Below, one piece after another: positions 52,836 to 64,000 of a stretch of 64,000 nucleotides of DNA. The position numbers were made by a program, and so were the translations under genes. Positions within the stretch are counted from its first letter, which is position 1; every line of letters begins with the position of its first letter. A model generated the notes under the pieces. The model had not been told where the DNA came from and did no database searches. It saw only the letters and a program-made list of their open reading frames with translations. Location of the stretch: the NCBI GenBank assembly GCA_038087875.1, contig CM075991.1, positions 3,968,001 through 4,032,000 of the forward strand. Direction: 5' to 3'. The DNA comes from Malacoraja senta. Lineage: Eukaryota.

Positions 52836-53235
52836 AGAAACATAGAAACAAAGAAAATAGGTGCAGGAGTGGGCCATTCGGCCCTTCGAGCCTGCACCGC
52901 CATTCAATATGATCATGGCTGATCATCCAACTCAGTATCCTGTACCTGCCTTCTCTCCATACCCCCTGATCCCTTTAGCCACAAGGGCCACATCTAACTC
53001 CCTCTTAAATATAGCCAATGAACTGGCCTCAACTACCTTCTGTGGCAGAGAATTCCACAGATTCACCACTCTCTGTGTGAATTTTTTTTTTTATCATCTC
53101 GGTCCTAAAAGACTTCCCCCTTATCCTTAAACTGTGACCCCTTGTTCTGGACTTACCCAACATCGGGAACAATTGTCCTGCATCTAGCCTGTCCAACCCC
53201 TTAAGAATTTTGTAAGTTTCTATAAGATCCCCATT
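52836..53235 (-). mobile_element. CR1 LINE 3' fragment
   Basis: Same young subfamily as the 11580 and 16804 copies; another copy lies at about 56150-56460 (+). Confidence 0.9.
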
Positions 53236-54398
53236 CTTATAGAGTGGAGGATAGAACTAGTGTATGGTTGATCACTGGTGTGCATGGACCCGGTGGGCCG
53301 AAGGGCCTGCTGCCACACTGCATCTCTAAAGCTAAACTTTTATCTGGCTTCCGCTCCATTTTCTGGGTTTCCCATTTTTTGTTGCTCCTATCATAATGAT
53401 ACGACCTTCCACACCAGTGACCAAAGCTTTCCTCACCGCTCCATCGCAGTTGAAAGGGCTCTAAAAAATGTCCACTCTGTTTCCACACTTCTGCTGTCAT
53501 CCTTCTGTCCATTCCAGCAACAACCAGGATGGGACTCCACTAAGTTTAGTTTAGATGTTTAATATAATTGAGTTTTATTTAGAGTGGAAACAGGCCCTTT
53601 GTTCCACTGAGTCCACACCAACCAACAATCACCTTTACACTAGTTCTATCCTACACACTTGGGACAATTTACAGAAGCCAATTTACCTGCAAACTTGCAC
53701 GTCTTTGGAATGTAGGAGGAAACCGGAGCACCCAGAGAAACCCATGCAGTTACAGATAAAACATGCAAACTCCCTACAGACAGCACCTGTAGTCGGGATT
53801 GAACCCAGGTCTCTGGCACTGTAATGCAACAACTATACCGCTGTGCCACTGCGCTGTCCATTACTAGAGTCATACAGCATGGAAACAGCCCCTTCAGCCC
53901 AACTTGCCCAAGCCGACCAACATGCCCCATCTACACTAGTCACACCTGACTGCGTTTGACCTGCTGCAATAGTACCTGCCTCAACTGCCTCCTGCGGCAG
54001 CTCGTTCCCACACACCCACCACCCTGTCTCGGGTGTCGTAAGGCAGCAACTCTACCGCTGCGGCACTGTGCCATCCCACTTGAACACACTTGTCACCTCA
54101 ACAGTCCACCATCAACTGCTACTTTAATTCTCCACCTTCCTCCCCTACAGCCTCCTTTCCCTTAGCCCCATGCTCTGTCTCAAGCTTGATGTGAGTTGAA
54201 GCAACTCAACTTCCTTCTTGGTACCTTCCAGACTTCCAGACTCAACATTGAATCCGACAACATAAATAAACAGCATTCCAGCATTTTAATGCAAGGCAGA
54301 CAGAGGCCTGCAGCAGGTGGAGCTGCTACCTCACAGCATCAGAGACCCGGTTCAATCCTGACTTCCATGCTATCGGTGTGGGGTTGGTATGTTCTCCC

Positions 54399-55049
54399 CA
54401 AAGATCCTATAGCAAGCAAGATAGTCCACTCGACGAAAAAGACGTAGTACGGTCATGGGCAGATTCATGGGTAATTTTCAGACCCATATCCGTAACCGGC
54501 TTCCGTCTACGCACCAAAGATCCCATAGCGGAGCAAAGATAACTAGTGCGGAGACGGAAGCCGGTTACGGAAACATCCTGGTAAAAATAAAAGTTATTTG
54601 GGAAAAATCTTCTCCTCATTTTCAGAATTATAATTTATTAACACAAACTTTTCCCCCGCAACGTTGATTACACTGCGGGCCGGGTCGGGTCGGGTCGGGT
54701 TACTGAAATGGATGAAAAAAAGGCCCACGTTCCGCTCCGTTGCGTACTACACATCAGCCCTTTGCATTTAGCAGGAGTGGTCCATCTTGCTCCGCTATAG
54801 GATCTTTGGTGTTAAAGAAGGAACTGCAGATGCTGGAAAATCGAAGGTACACAAAAATGCTGGAGAAACTCAGCGGGTGCAGCAGCATCTATGGAGCGAA
54901 GGAAATAGGTAACGTTTCGGGCCGAAACCCTTCTTCAGACTCGTCTGAAGAAGGGTTTCGGCCCGAAACGTTACCTATTTCCTTCGCTCCATAGATGCTG
55001 CTGCACCCGCTGAGTTTCTCCAGCATTTTTGTGTACCATAGGATCTTTG
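54399..55049. mobile_element. hAT-like MITE copy 2, carrying a nested insertion at its right end
   Basis: TIRs CAAAGATCCTATAGC (54399) and GCTATAGGATCTTTG (ending 54808, partly repeated ending 55049); perfect 8-bp TSD GTTCTCCC at 54391-54398 and 55050-55057 within a SINE. Confidence 0.9.
54811..55037. mobile_element. Palindromic element with a hammerhead-like core on each strand (probably Penelope-derived)
   Basis: Perfect inverted arms at 54846-54940 and 54943-55037; 14-bp direct repeat ATAGGATCTTTGGT at 54797-54810 and 55038-55051. Confidence 0.85.
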
Positions 55050-58000
55050 GTTCTCCCTGTGACTGTGTAGTACTGCCAGAGGAGGTTGCTAAGGCAGGAG
55101 CTATCGCAATGTTTAAGAAACATTTAGACAGGTACATGGACAGCACAGGTTTAGAGGGATATGGGCCAAGTAGGCAGGTGGGACTCGTGTAGATGACACA
55201 TGTTGATCGGTGTGGACATGTTGGGCCGAAAGGTCTGTTTCCATGCTGTATGACTCTATGTGCATCTTGGTAAGATAATTGGCAAAGTTAGATTGCTTGT
55301 AGTGTGCAAGTGAGTGGTAGAATCAGAGGGAGTTGATGGGAATGTAGGGCGAAGAAAAAAAATTGATTCATGTAACGTGTAACTGGGTATTTGATAGTTG
55401 GCATGTACTCAGTGGGCTGAAGGCCCTGTTTCCGTGCTATATCTCTCTATGACTCTAATTCCAGCATTCTTTCCAAGTGGGTAATTTTGGATAATCATTC
55501 TGCTTGTTCACCTACTCTGCCCTTTTGCTACTTTACACAATCATTCCTTTTGTCCTTTGATCTCTCCAGCTCTCTGCCCTTTTAAAGATCTTTAGTTTTA
55601 ATTTCTCCCTCCCTTCCTTGTTTCTCTACGTCTTAGAATCTGCTTTTCTCGATCTTTTCCTTTACTGTTACATCCAACTTGCTGCATATTTCCAGGTTTT
55701 TTATTCCCTGTGAAAATATTAATATTTAAAGTCAGCTCTTGGTGGCTGTCCCTATTAATGTAATTTTAATGACTTTGCAATTCATGATGCACTTTCGGAG
55801 AACATCTGCAAGTGCACAGTGGCGCGGCTGGTGGAGCTGCGGCCTCACAGCGCCAGAGACTCGTGTTCAATCCTGACCTCAGGTGCTGTCTGCATGGAGA
55901 GTTTGTACATTCTCCCTGTGTCCACGTGAGTTTCCTCTGGGTGCCCAGGTTTCCTCCCACATCCCAAAGACACGTGGGTTGTAGGTTAATTGGCCTCTGT
56001 AATGTGTAAGGAGCAAATGGAAAAGTAGGATAGCATAGAACTAGTCTGAATGGGTAATTGATGGTTGGCATGGACTTAATGGGCCAAAGGGCCTGTTTCC
56101 ATGCTATATCTCTAAACTAAACTACACTAAAGTGCAGGGGAAGTAAAGGGGAAGTCCAGAACAAGGGGTCACAGTTTAAGGATAAGGGGGAAGTCTTTTC
56201 GGACCGAGATGAGAAAAACATTTTTCACACAGAGAGTGGTGAATCTGTGGAATTCTCTGCCACAGAAGGTAGTTGAGGCCAGTTCATTGGCTATATTCAA
56301 GAGGGAGTTAGATGTGGCCCTTATGGCTAAGGGGATCAGGGTGTATGGAGAGAAGGCAGGTACGGGATACTGAGTTGGATGATCAGCCATGATCATATTG
56401 AATGGCGGTGCAGGCTCGAAGGGCCGAATGGCCTACTCCTGCACCAATTTTCTATGTTTCTCTATACTGCACTAAACTGTGTACATAGTGCGGCGTTGTG
56501 ACGCAGCGGTAGAGTTGCTGCCTTACAGTGCCAGAGACCCGGATTTGATCCTGACTACGGGTGCTGTTTGTACAGAGTACATACGATCTCCCCGTGACCG
56601 TGTGGGTTTTCACCAGGTTCCCTGGTTTCCTCCCACACACCAAAGATGTACAGGTTTGTAGGTTAATTGGCTTCGGAGAAAATTATAAATTGGTCCGAGT
56701 GTGTTTGGATAATGCTGGTGTACAGGCATCGCTGGTCAGTGCGGAATCAGCGGGCAGAAGGACCATTTTCCACGTTGTATCTCTAAACTAAATTAAACTA
56801 TACTAAACATATCAAATTATGACAGAACAACACACAAGAGACTGCGGATGCTGGAATGTGGTGCAAACAGCAAACTGCTGAGGGCTGAGGGTACTTAGAG
56901 GGTCAGGCAGCATCTGTGGTGGGAAATAGACAGGCAACGTTTCAGGCCAGGACCCTTTCTCTGGGCTGGATATAAAATTAAGCGAAATATAAGTGTCTGA
57001 GGTTTGTGGTGGTGGTTATGAAATAGGTTCAACATGCAGAAAGAGTTGGTTCAAATGACACAATGGCTACTTTGACGATTTGAATTCAGTTTTTCAAAAC
57101 CTGCTGAACTGGTGAAGTGAGTAAGTTTGTTGGGATTCCTTGAAAAAAACAATTGGTTCACTCTTTTGCATTAGAAAAGAGAATTAGTTTTTACCCAGCC
57201 TGATTCATACGTGACTTCCAAGTCACATTAACTGCCCTCTCAAGCCTAAGCCCTTGCTCAATTGTACCAGACAGGAGAGGTCTCACTTCCTTCCAAGGGC
57301 AACCAAGTGATAAAGGGAGACCCATGTCAGAGTTGTCGAAATCCAGAAAAAGACACATGGTGCAGGAATAACTCAGAGGGTCCAGCACTTAGTCTGAAGA
57401 AGGGTTTCGGCCCAAAACGTTGCCTGTTTCCTTCGCTCCATAGATGCTGCCGCACCCGCTGAGTTTCTCCAGCAATTTTGTCTACCTTCGATTTTCCAGC
57501 ATCTGCAGTTCCTTCTTGAACAGCACTTAGTTTAGTTTTGTTTAGATTTACAGCGCGGAAACAGGGCCTTTGGCCCACCGAGTCCATGCCAATGAGTGAT
57601 CCCCGCATACTAGAGCTATCCTACACACTAGGGCGAATTTACAATTTTGACCGAAGCCAATTAACCTACAAACCTGTACACCTTGGAATGTTGGAGGAAA
57701 CTGGAGCACAAAGCCTGCACAACAGCACCCGTAGTCAGGATCGAACTCCACTCTGCCATGAGTTTCACGCCACAATTAAACGGTAAATCATGCTTTAATG
57801 CAACACTGAAGTTTGGTGCCAAACATGGACCTGTTTGTGCAGTGTGAACACACGAGGGACTCACACTCCTATCTCTTTCTCACAAAGTGCGACATTACTT
57901 GTTTTTTTAGTCCGAGCCGCTAACACTTGATGGGAACGTGCAATTCCTGAGGATGTGCCGTAATTAGACGGCGGTGTGAGAAAAACAAGCAGCCCCCCCC

Positions 58001-61000
58001 CCCCTCTCTCTCTCTGCAACTCTCAAAACAATCCCTGAATGCGTAGTGCACAAGCTTCTCATAACCTGTATCTACATCAATAAGCCCAGCTGCAGAGAAA
58101 GGCTGCTGTTATGCGGCATCATTAGGACCTTCACAAACCTGCACTCAATTTGCGTACAGCAAACCCTCACAGGTAGCAAAAAAATGGTTATGGGCAGAAG
58201 GCAGGAAAATGGGATTAGGAGGCAGAGATCAACCATGATTGCATGGCGGAGTAGACTCAATGGGCCGAATGGCCTCATTCTACTCCTATAACTTGTGAAC
58301 TTGGAGGTGGAGGCAGGAGATCCGGGGGATGAAAAGTTGGAGACCGTGTTAATGCGGGTCCGAGAGCTGGGCGGTGCAGATCAGTATCTGTGATGTAGTG
58401 TTACTAATGCGAATAGACTAACATTGCTTAACCGAACAGCAAATCTTTCATGTATTTGCTGCAAGCTTACAGACAGGGTTGCACGGTGGTGCAGCAACAT
58501 AGTTGCTGCCTTACAGAGTTTGTATCGCTGGAGACCCGGGTTGTTCGATCCCGACTCCGGGTGCTATCTATACGGAGTTTGTACGTATAACATTGCTGTT
58601 ATAAGATATCAATGGTGTTTTATCATTAATGTTTTATTATTATTAATGTTTAGTGTTTTCTGAGTCATTCGTAACTGTCACTGTATGTCATGTTGTTACT
58701 TGTGTGCGGAGCACCAAGGCAAATTCCTTGTATGTGAATACTTGGCCAATAAACTTAATTACTTACTTACTTCTCCCCGTGACCGCTTGGGCTTTCTCCA
58801 AGGTCTTCGGTTTCCTCCCACACTCCATAAACGTCCAGGTATGTAGGCTTGGTGTATGTGTAAATTGTCCCTAGTGTGTGTAGGATAGTGTTAATGTGCT
58901 GGGATCGCTGGTCGGTGCGGACTCGGTGGGCCGAAGGGCCTGTTTCCGCGCTGTATCTCTAAAACTAAAAAAACCAAGCTTCCCAGATGCTATTTCCACC
59001 CTTGGCCTTGATCCACATACCTCCCAACATTGAACACTGGACAACCTCGCAGTGAGTTTTATAGGTTTGTAGGTGCATTGTGTTTAAGGTGAAGGGGGGG
59101 GGGGGGGAGAATTACAAGGAACCTGAGCGGCAACTCTTTTACACAAAGGGTGGTAGGTATATGGAACGAGCGGTCAGAGGAGGTAGTTGAGGTTGGTACT
59201 ACCACAGCGTTTAAGAAACATTTAGACAGGAACATGGATAGGATAGGTTTAGAGGGATATGGGCCAAACACAGGCAGATGGGACTAGTGTAGATGGGGCA
59301 TGTTGGTTGGCGTGGGCGGTATGTTGGATCCTGACTATGGGTGCTGTCTGTATAGAGTTTGCACAATTCTCCCTGTGACTGAGTGGGTTTTCTCAGGGTG
59401 TTCCAGTTTCCTCCCACACTCCAAAGATGCGCAGATTTGTGGATTGATTGGCTTCAGTAAAATTGTAAATTGTCCCTAACGTGTAGGATAGTGCTAGCGT
59501 ATGGGGTGATCGCTGGTCTGAAGTGCCTGTTTCTGTGATGTAGCTCTGAAGTCTAAAGTCTAAAGTGAAGTTGCAACACTTACAAGGCATTTGGACAGGT
59601 TCTCGGATAGGAAAGGCCTAATAGGAAATGCAGGCCCTAAGGTAGACAAAATTGCTGGAGAAACTCAGCAGGTGCGGCAGCATCTATAGAGCGAAGGAAA
59701 TAGGCAACGTTTCGGGCCGAAACCCTTCTTCATACCCTTCTTCAGAATGCAGGCCTAATGCAAGCAAATGGGATTAGCATAGATTGGCATTGCGATCGAC
59801 ATGGAAAAGGTGGGCTGAAAAAGCCCGTACCTGTGCCGTACAATGCGGTGCCTGTATCACCCTGGGAATGGAGGTGAGAGACCCCCAGAGTAGAAGGTAG
59901 AGACCTTGGAATGAAGACACAGCGTGCTGGAGTAACTGAGCGGGTCATGCAGTATCGCTGGAGAACATGGATAGGTGACGTTTTGGGTCAGGATCCTATT
60001 CGAAGAGCAGGAGAGCAGCAGGAATCATAGAGGGGAGAGCAGTGACAGAGGGTCAAGCAGAACTCTTGTTGGAGAGAGGAGGAGAGCTTCTTCAAGCTTG
60101 GAGACCTCGAGGAGTGGCCGAGAGCGAGGTTGGGAACCCTTGGAGTGTGTCGGAGAGAGGCTGGAGCTCCTGAGACTGGCAGAGAAGGGAATCAAAGACT
60201 CCAGGAAAACCTAGATGGATTCCAACTTGCATAATTGAGTGGTGGGCTAATCCGGCCCCTTGAGGTGGAGGCTTGAAGCTGCAGCACCTGCAATTATTGC
60301 AACGTAGCTATTAATGCAGGGGATTGACAATCAAATTCCTTCATCCCCGTTTACACAAGTTAGAACAGCACAGACACAACACTGCAGGCAGTGGCTCCAT
60401 GTGTTAGAAAACACAAAAAGCAAGCGGACTCATTTCATTCTACAGGGTTTGACATCAAACAGCCCATTCTTTTGGCCTTAGCCAACTCTATATTTCTCCT
60501 GTCACACTCTCTCCTTCCCTGTTAAGCCCAGACCATCACCCAAACCAACCTCCCTTCCATTGACTCCATCCACACCTCACGCTGCGTCGGCAAGGCCACC
60601 AGCATAATCAAGGACCAGTCTCACCCCGGTCACTCCCTCTTCTCCCCCCTCCCCTCAGGTAAGAGGTACAGAAGTGTGAAAACGCACACCACCAGATTCA
60701 GAGACAATTTCTTCCCAGCTGTTATCAGGCAACTGAACCATCCTTCCAACAAGAAAAGAGCGTTCCTGAGCACTATCTAGCTCATTGAAGACCCTCTGAC
60801 TATCTTTAATCAGTCTTTACTGGACATTATCTTGCACTATGCTTTATCCCCTTCATCACGTATCTGTACAACATGGTCAACTTGATTGTAATCATGTACA
60901 GCCTTTCCACTGACTGGTTAGCATGCAATGAAAAGCTTTTCACCGTACCTGTGTACTCAATAGTCAATAAACTGATCTAGACTAAACTAAACTAAAGTAA

Positions 61001-61530
61001 TGGTCCCTGACAATTTTCACCATGTTCCAGTCCATTTATATCTTGTATTTTTTGGCTTTGTGGCACTATGTATTTTATTCTTGCAAGCCCATCCTGCATT
61101 CTCCCTCAACATTTCTGACCCCGGTTAGTAATTGTCGCTGTCAAGCAATTTTTGGTAGCTGGGCTGCACACAACAGCATGTGCACTCCACAGGGTGGTAT
61201 CGTACACTCATAGTTCTGCTCTGACACTGAACAATGCAAACTCCTGTTGTAGTTTGCAACGTTACAGTGTTTGCAATCCCTCGGCACTCTGCGGCAGAGG
61301 ATTATAACAAACGCTTGCACTGGGGGACACAAGGGTTGCATTGTGCACCAATTGATAGATTGTTCAGATACTGGAGCGGGCTCAGGGTCAAGTTTAAACT
61401 ACGCAAAAGCATGAATAATTGCTTTGCCATTCATCCCGACAACCCAAGATAAACACAAAAAGCTGGGGTAACTCAGCGAGACAGGCCGTATCTCTGGAGA
61501 GAAGGAATGGGTGACGTTTTGGGTCGAGAT

Positions 61531-61566
61531 GGGTCTGACGAAGGATCTCGACCCGAAACGTCACCC
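61531..61566 (+). ncRNA. Candidate minimal type I hammerhead ribozyme
   Basis: GGGT-CTGACGA-AGGATCTCGACCC-GAAA-CG-TC-ACCC: stem I GGGT/ACCC, both conserved core boxes, stem II with one mismatch, a palindromic ACGT stem III and a GUC triplet. Activity is not demonstrated. Confidence 0.55.
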
Positions 61567-64000
61567 TTTCCTTCTCCCCAGAGATGCTGCCTGTCCCGTT
61601 GAGTTATTCCAGCTTTTTGTATCTATCATCATCATCGGCTCTGACCTCCCTTCCATCGAGGGGATCGATCTATCACAGTCGCTGCCTCAAAAAGGCTGTC
61701 AGTATCATCAAGGACCCACGCCATCCTGGCCACACACTCATCTCCCTACTACCTTCAGGTAGAATGTACAGGAGCCTGAAGACTGCAACGACCAGGTTCA
61801 GGAATAGCTACTTCCCCACAGCCATCAGGCTATTAAACCTGGCTCGGACAAAACACTGAACTTTTTTAGCCAATTAACTGTTATTTGCACTTTATCAGTA
61901 TATTGATTCATGTGTGTGTATATTTATTTATAGAATGCCCTGTAGTCAATGCCTACTATGTTCTGTTGTGCTGAAGCAAAGCAAGAATTTCATTGTCCTA
62001 TCAGGGACACATGACAATAAACTCACTTGACTTGACTTGACTATCTTCGGTTTAAACCAGCATCTGCATCTCCTTCCTACACATCCTGATAACCCAGCTG
62101 GTTTACACTGTAACCCTGTGGCAACCATTTAAAAACTACATCGTCTAGTTGGGATGGGCAACTAATTACTTGTTGAATTGGGATGGGAAGCTATTGAAGT
62201 GTGGTAATTTCTATCAAGACAATGCCCAGGTTCTGGGGAATCCCTGTAACTTGCTTGGGGATCCCATTACTGAAACATTTCAGGAACTACACATTGCACC
62301 TCCCAAATCCTTGATTCCTTCCTCCTTATAAAAGCACGCTCACACATTATTTCAGGGCCTGAACCCCAGGTCTTGATAGCAGGTTGCGAGGTTAACTCTG
62401 GAAATTTGAAGGTTGGTATCACAAAAGGAAAAGACCTTAAGAGCTAACTTAAAAGCTAGCATGACCGAGCTACAGGGAAGAATTTGGCCACCGCTGTCCA
62501 ATTCCAATGTTCCGGATGTTGGGGGAGTCCAGAACCAGGGTTCGCCGTTTAAGAATAAGGGGTAGGCCATTTAGAACTGAGATGAGGGAAATCATTTTCA
62601 CCCAGAGAGTTGTGAATCTGTGGAATTCTCTGCCACAGAAGGCGGTGGCGGCCGATTCACTGGATGTTTTCAAGAGAGAGTCAGATATAGCTCTTGGTGC
62701 TAGTGGAATCAAGGGGTATGGGGGTAAAAGCAGGAACGGGGTACTGATTTTGGGTGATCAGCCATGATCATATTGAATGGCGGTGCTGGCTCGAAGGACT
62801 GAATGGCCTACTCCTGCACCTATTTTCTATATTATTATGTTTCTATGTTTCTCTACAGTCCCCCTACTAAGTTGTTGACCCATCATTGTCCCTGGGTAAT
62901 GCCAGGTGGTCAATAAATAACAGTCCATGTCACAAGGACAAGTGAAGTCACTCAAGTAATTTGCTTGTAATTCAACAAATAGAGAAAGTACACTGACTGA
63001 GGAGATTTGTGCGATTCTGGTTCGGAAGCCAATCATTATAATTCAAAAATTCCAATTATTCCAAGTTGAGTAGATGTGGACCTGGATCGTGGGTCCCTGA
63101 GGAACGAAGTTCTCCCTCCTCAATGCCAAATGTTAAATAAGGCTGCGTAAACAAGCTGTACTTTGCTTCAGTTGCCATAGGCCTGGGGGAACGTTATGGA
63201 GACTTGGGCGGCACAGTGGCACAGGGAGTAGAACTGCTGCCTCACTGTTCCAGCAACCAAAGTGGGTGGCATGGTGGCGCAGCGGTGGAGTGCTGCCCCA
63301 CAGCACTTGCAGCACCGCACACCCGGGTTCGATCCCGACTACGGTCGCTGTCTGTACGGAGTTTGTACGTTCTCCCCGTGACCGCGTGGGTTTTCTCCGA
63401 GATCTTCGATGTCCTCCCACAATCCAAAGACGCACAGAGTTGTGGGTAAATTGGCTTGGTAACTGTAAAAAATGTCCCTAGTGTTAATATACGGGGATTG
63501 CTGGTCGGTGCGGGCTCGGTGGGCCGAATGGCCTGTTTTCATGCTCTATCTCTAAACTTAAAAACAAAGCTAACCTGGGTTCAATCCTGACCTTCATGTT
63601 GACTGTGTGTAATTCACACGTTCACCTTATGACCACATGTGTTTCCTTTGGGTCTTCATAGAATGGGCTAAAGGTCCTCCCACATCTCAAAGTGCAGATT
63701 GGTAGGTTAATTTGCCTCAGTAAGTCGCTCCGAGTGAGTAGTAGAATCAGTGTGTGGGAATGTGGGGTGAATGAAATAAGTTTCTTGTAGGATTAGTGTA
63801 AATGAGTGGTCAATGGTCAGCATGGACTCGAGGGGCCAAAGGGCCTGTTTCCATGCTATACAATCCTCTGTTCTTGCTGCCTAACAGCATCAGAGACCCG
63901 GGTTCCATCTTGACTGCAGGTGCTGTCTGTACGGAGTTTGTACGCTCTCCTCATGGCCGCGTGGGTTTTCTCCTGGTGCTTCGGTTTCCAAAGGCGTGCA

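Overview
Repeat-rich vertebrate genomic DNA, most likely from an elasmobranch (skate/ray), judged from its dense HE1/V-SINE-like and HER1/CR1-like repeats; the species cannot be fixed from sequence alone. Two protein-coding genes are supported. (1) Four + strand exons (986-1169, 5467-5615, 7589-7756, 10838-11003) encode SRCR domains 3-4 of a LOXL2-like lysyl oxidase; no catalytic-domain exons were found, and the gene runs into a 200-N gap at 12175-12374. (2) A complete four-exon stanniocalcin-1 gene lies on the - strand (CDS 47047-46903, 38113-37971, 32483-32272, 25501-25228; 257 aa), with a candidate TATA/CACCC/CCAAT promoter and a probable ~4.3-kb 3'UTR. The remainder is mostly CR1, L2 and Rex/Babar LINE fragments, tRNA-derived SINEs, hAT- and Harbinger-like non-autonomous DNA elements and minisatellites. 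The most interesting signal is an abundant short, often palindromic repeat family carrying a minimal type I hammerhead-ribozyme core (CTGANGA-stem II-GAAA-CG-TH). One copy is a perfect 95-bp-arm inverted repeat with a 14-bp target-site duplication, nested at the end of a hAT element that is itself inside a SINE. All repeat family names and comparisons to human genes come from recall, not from a database search.
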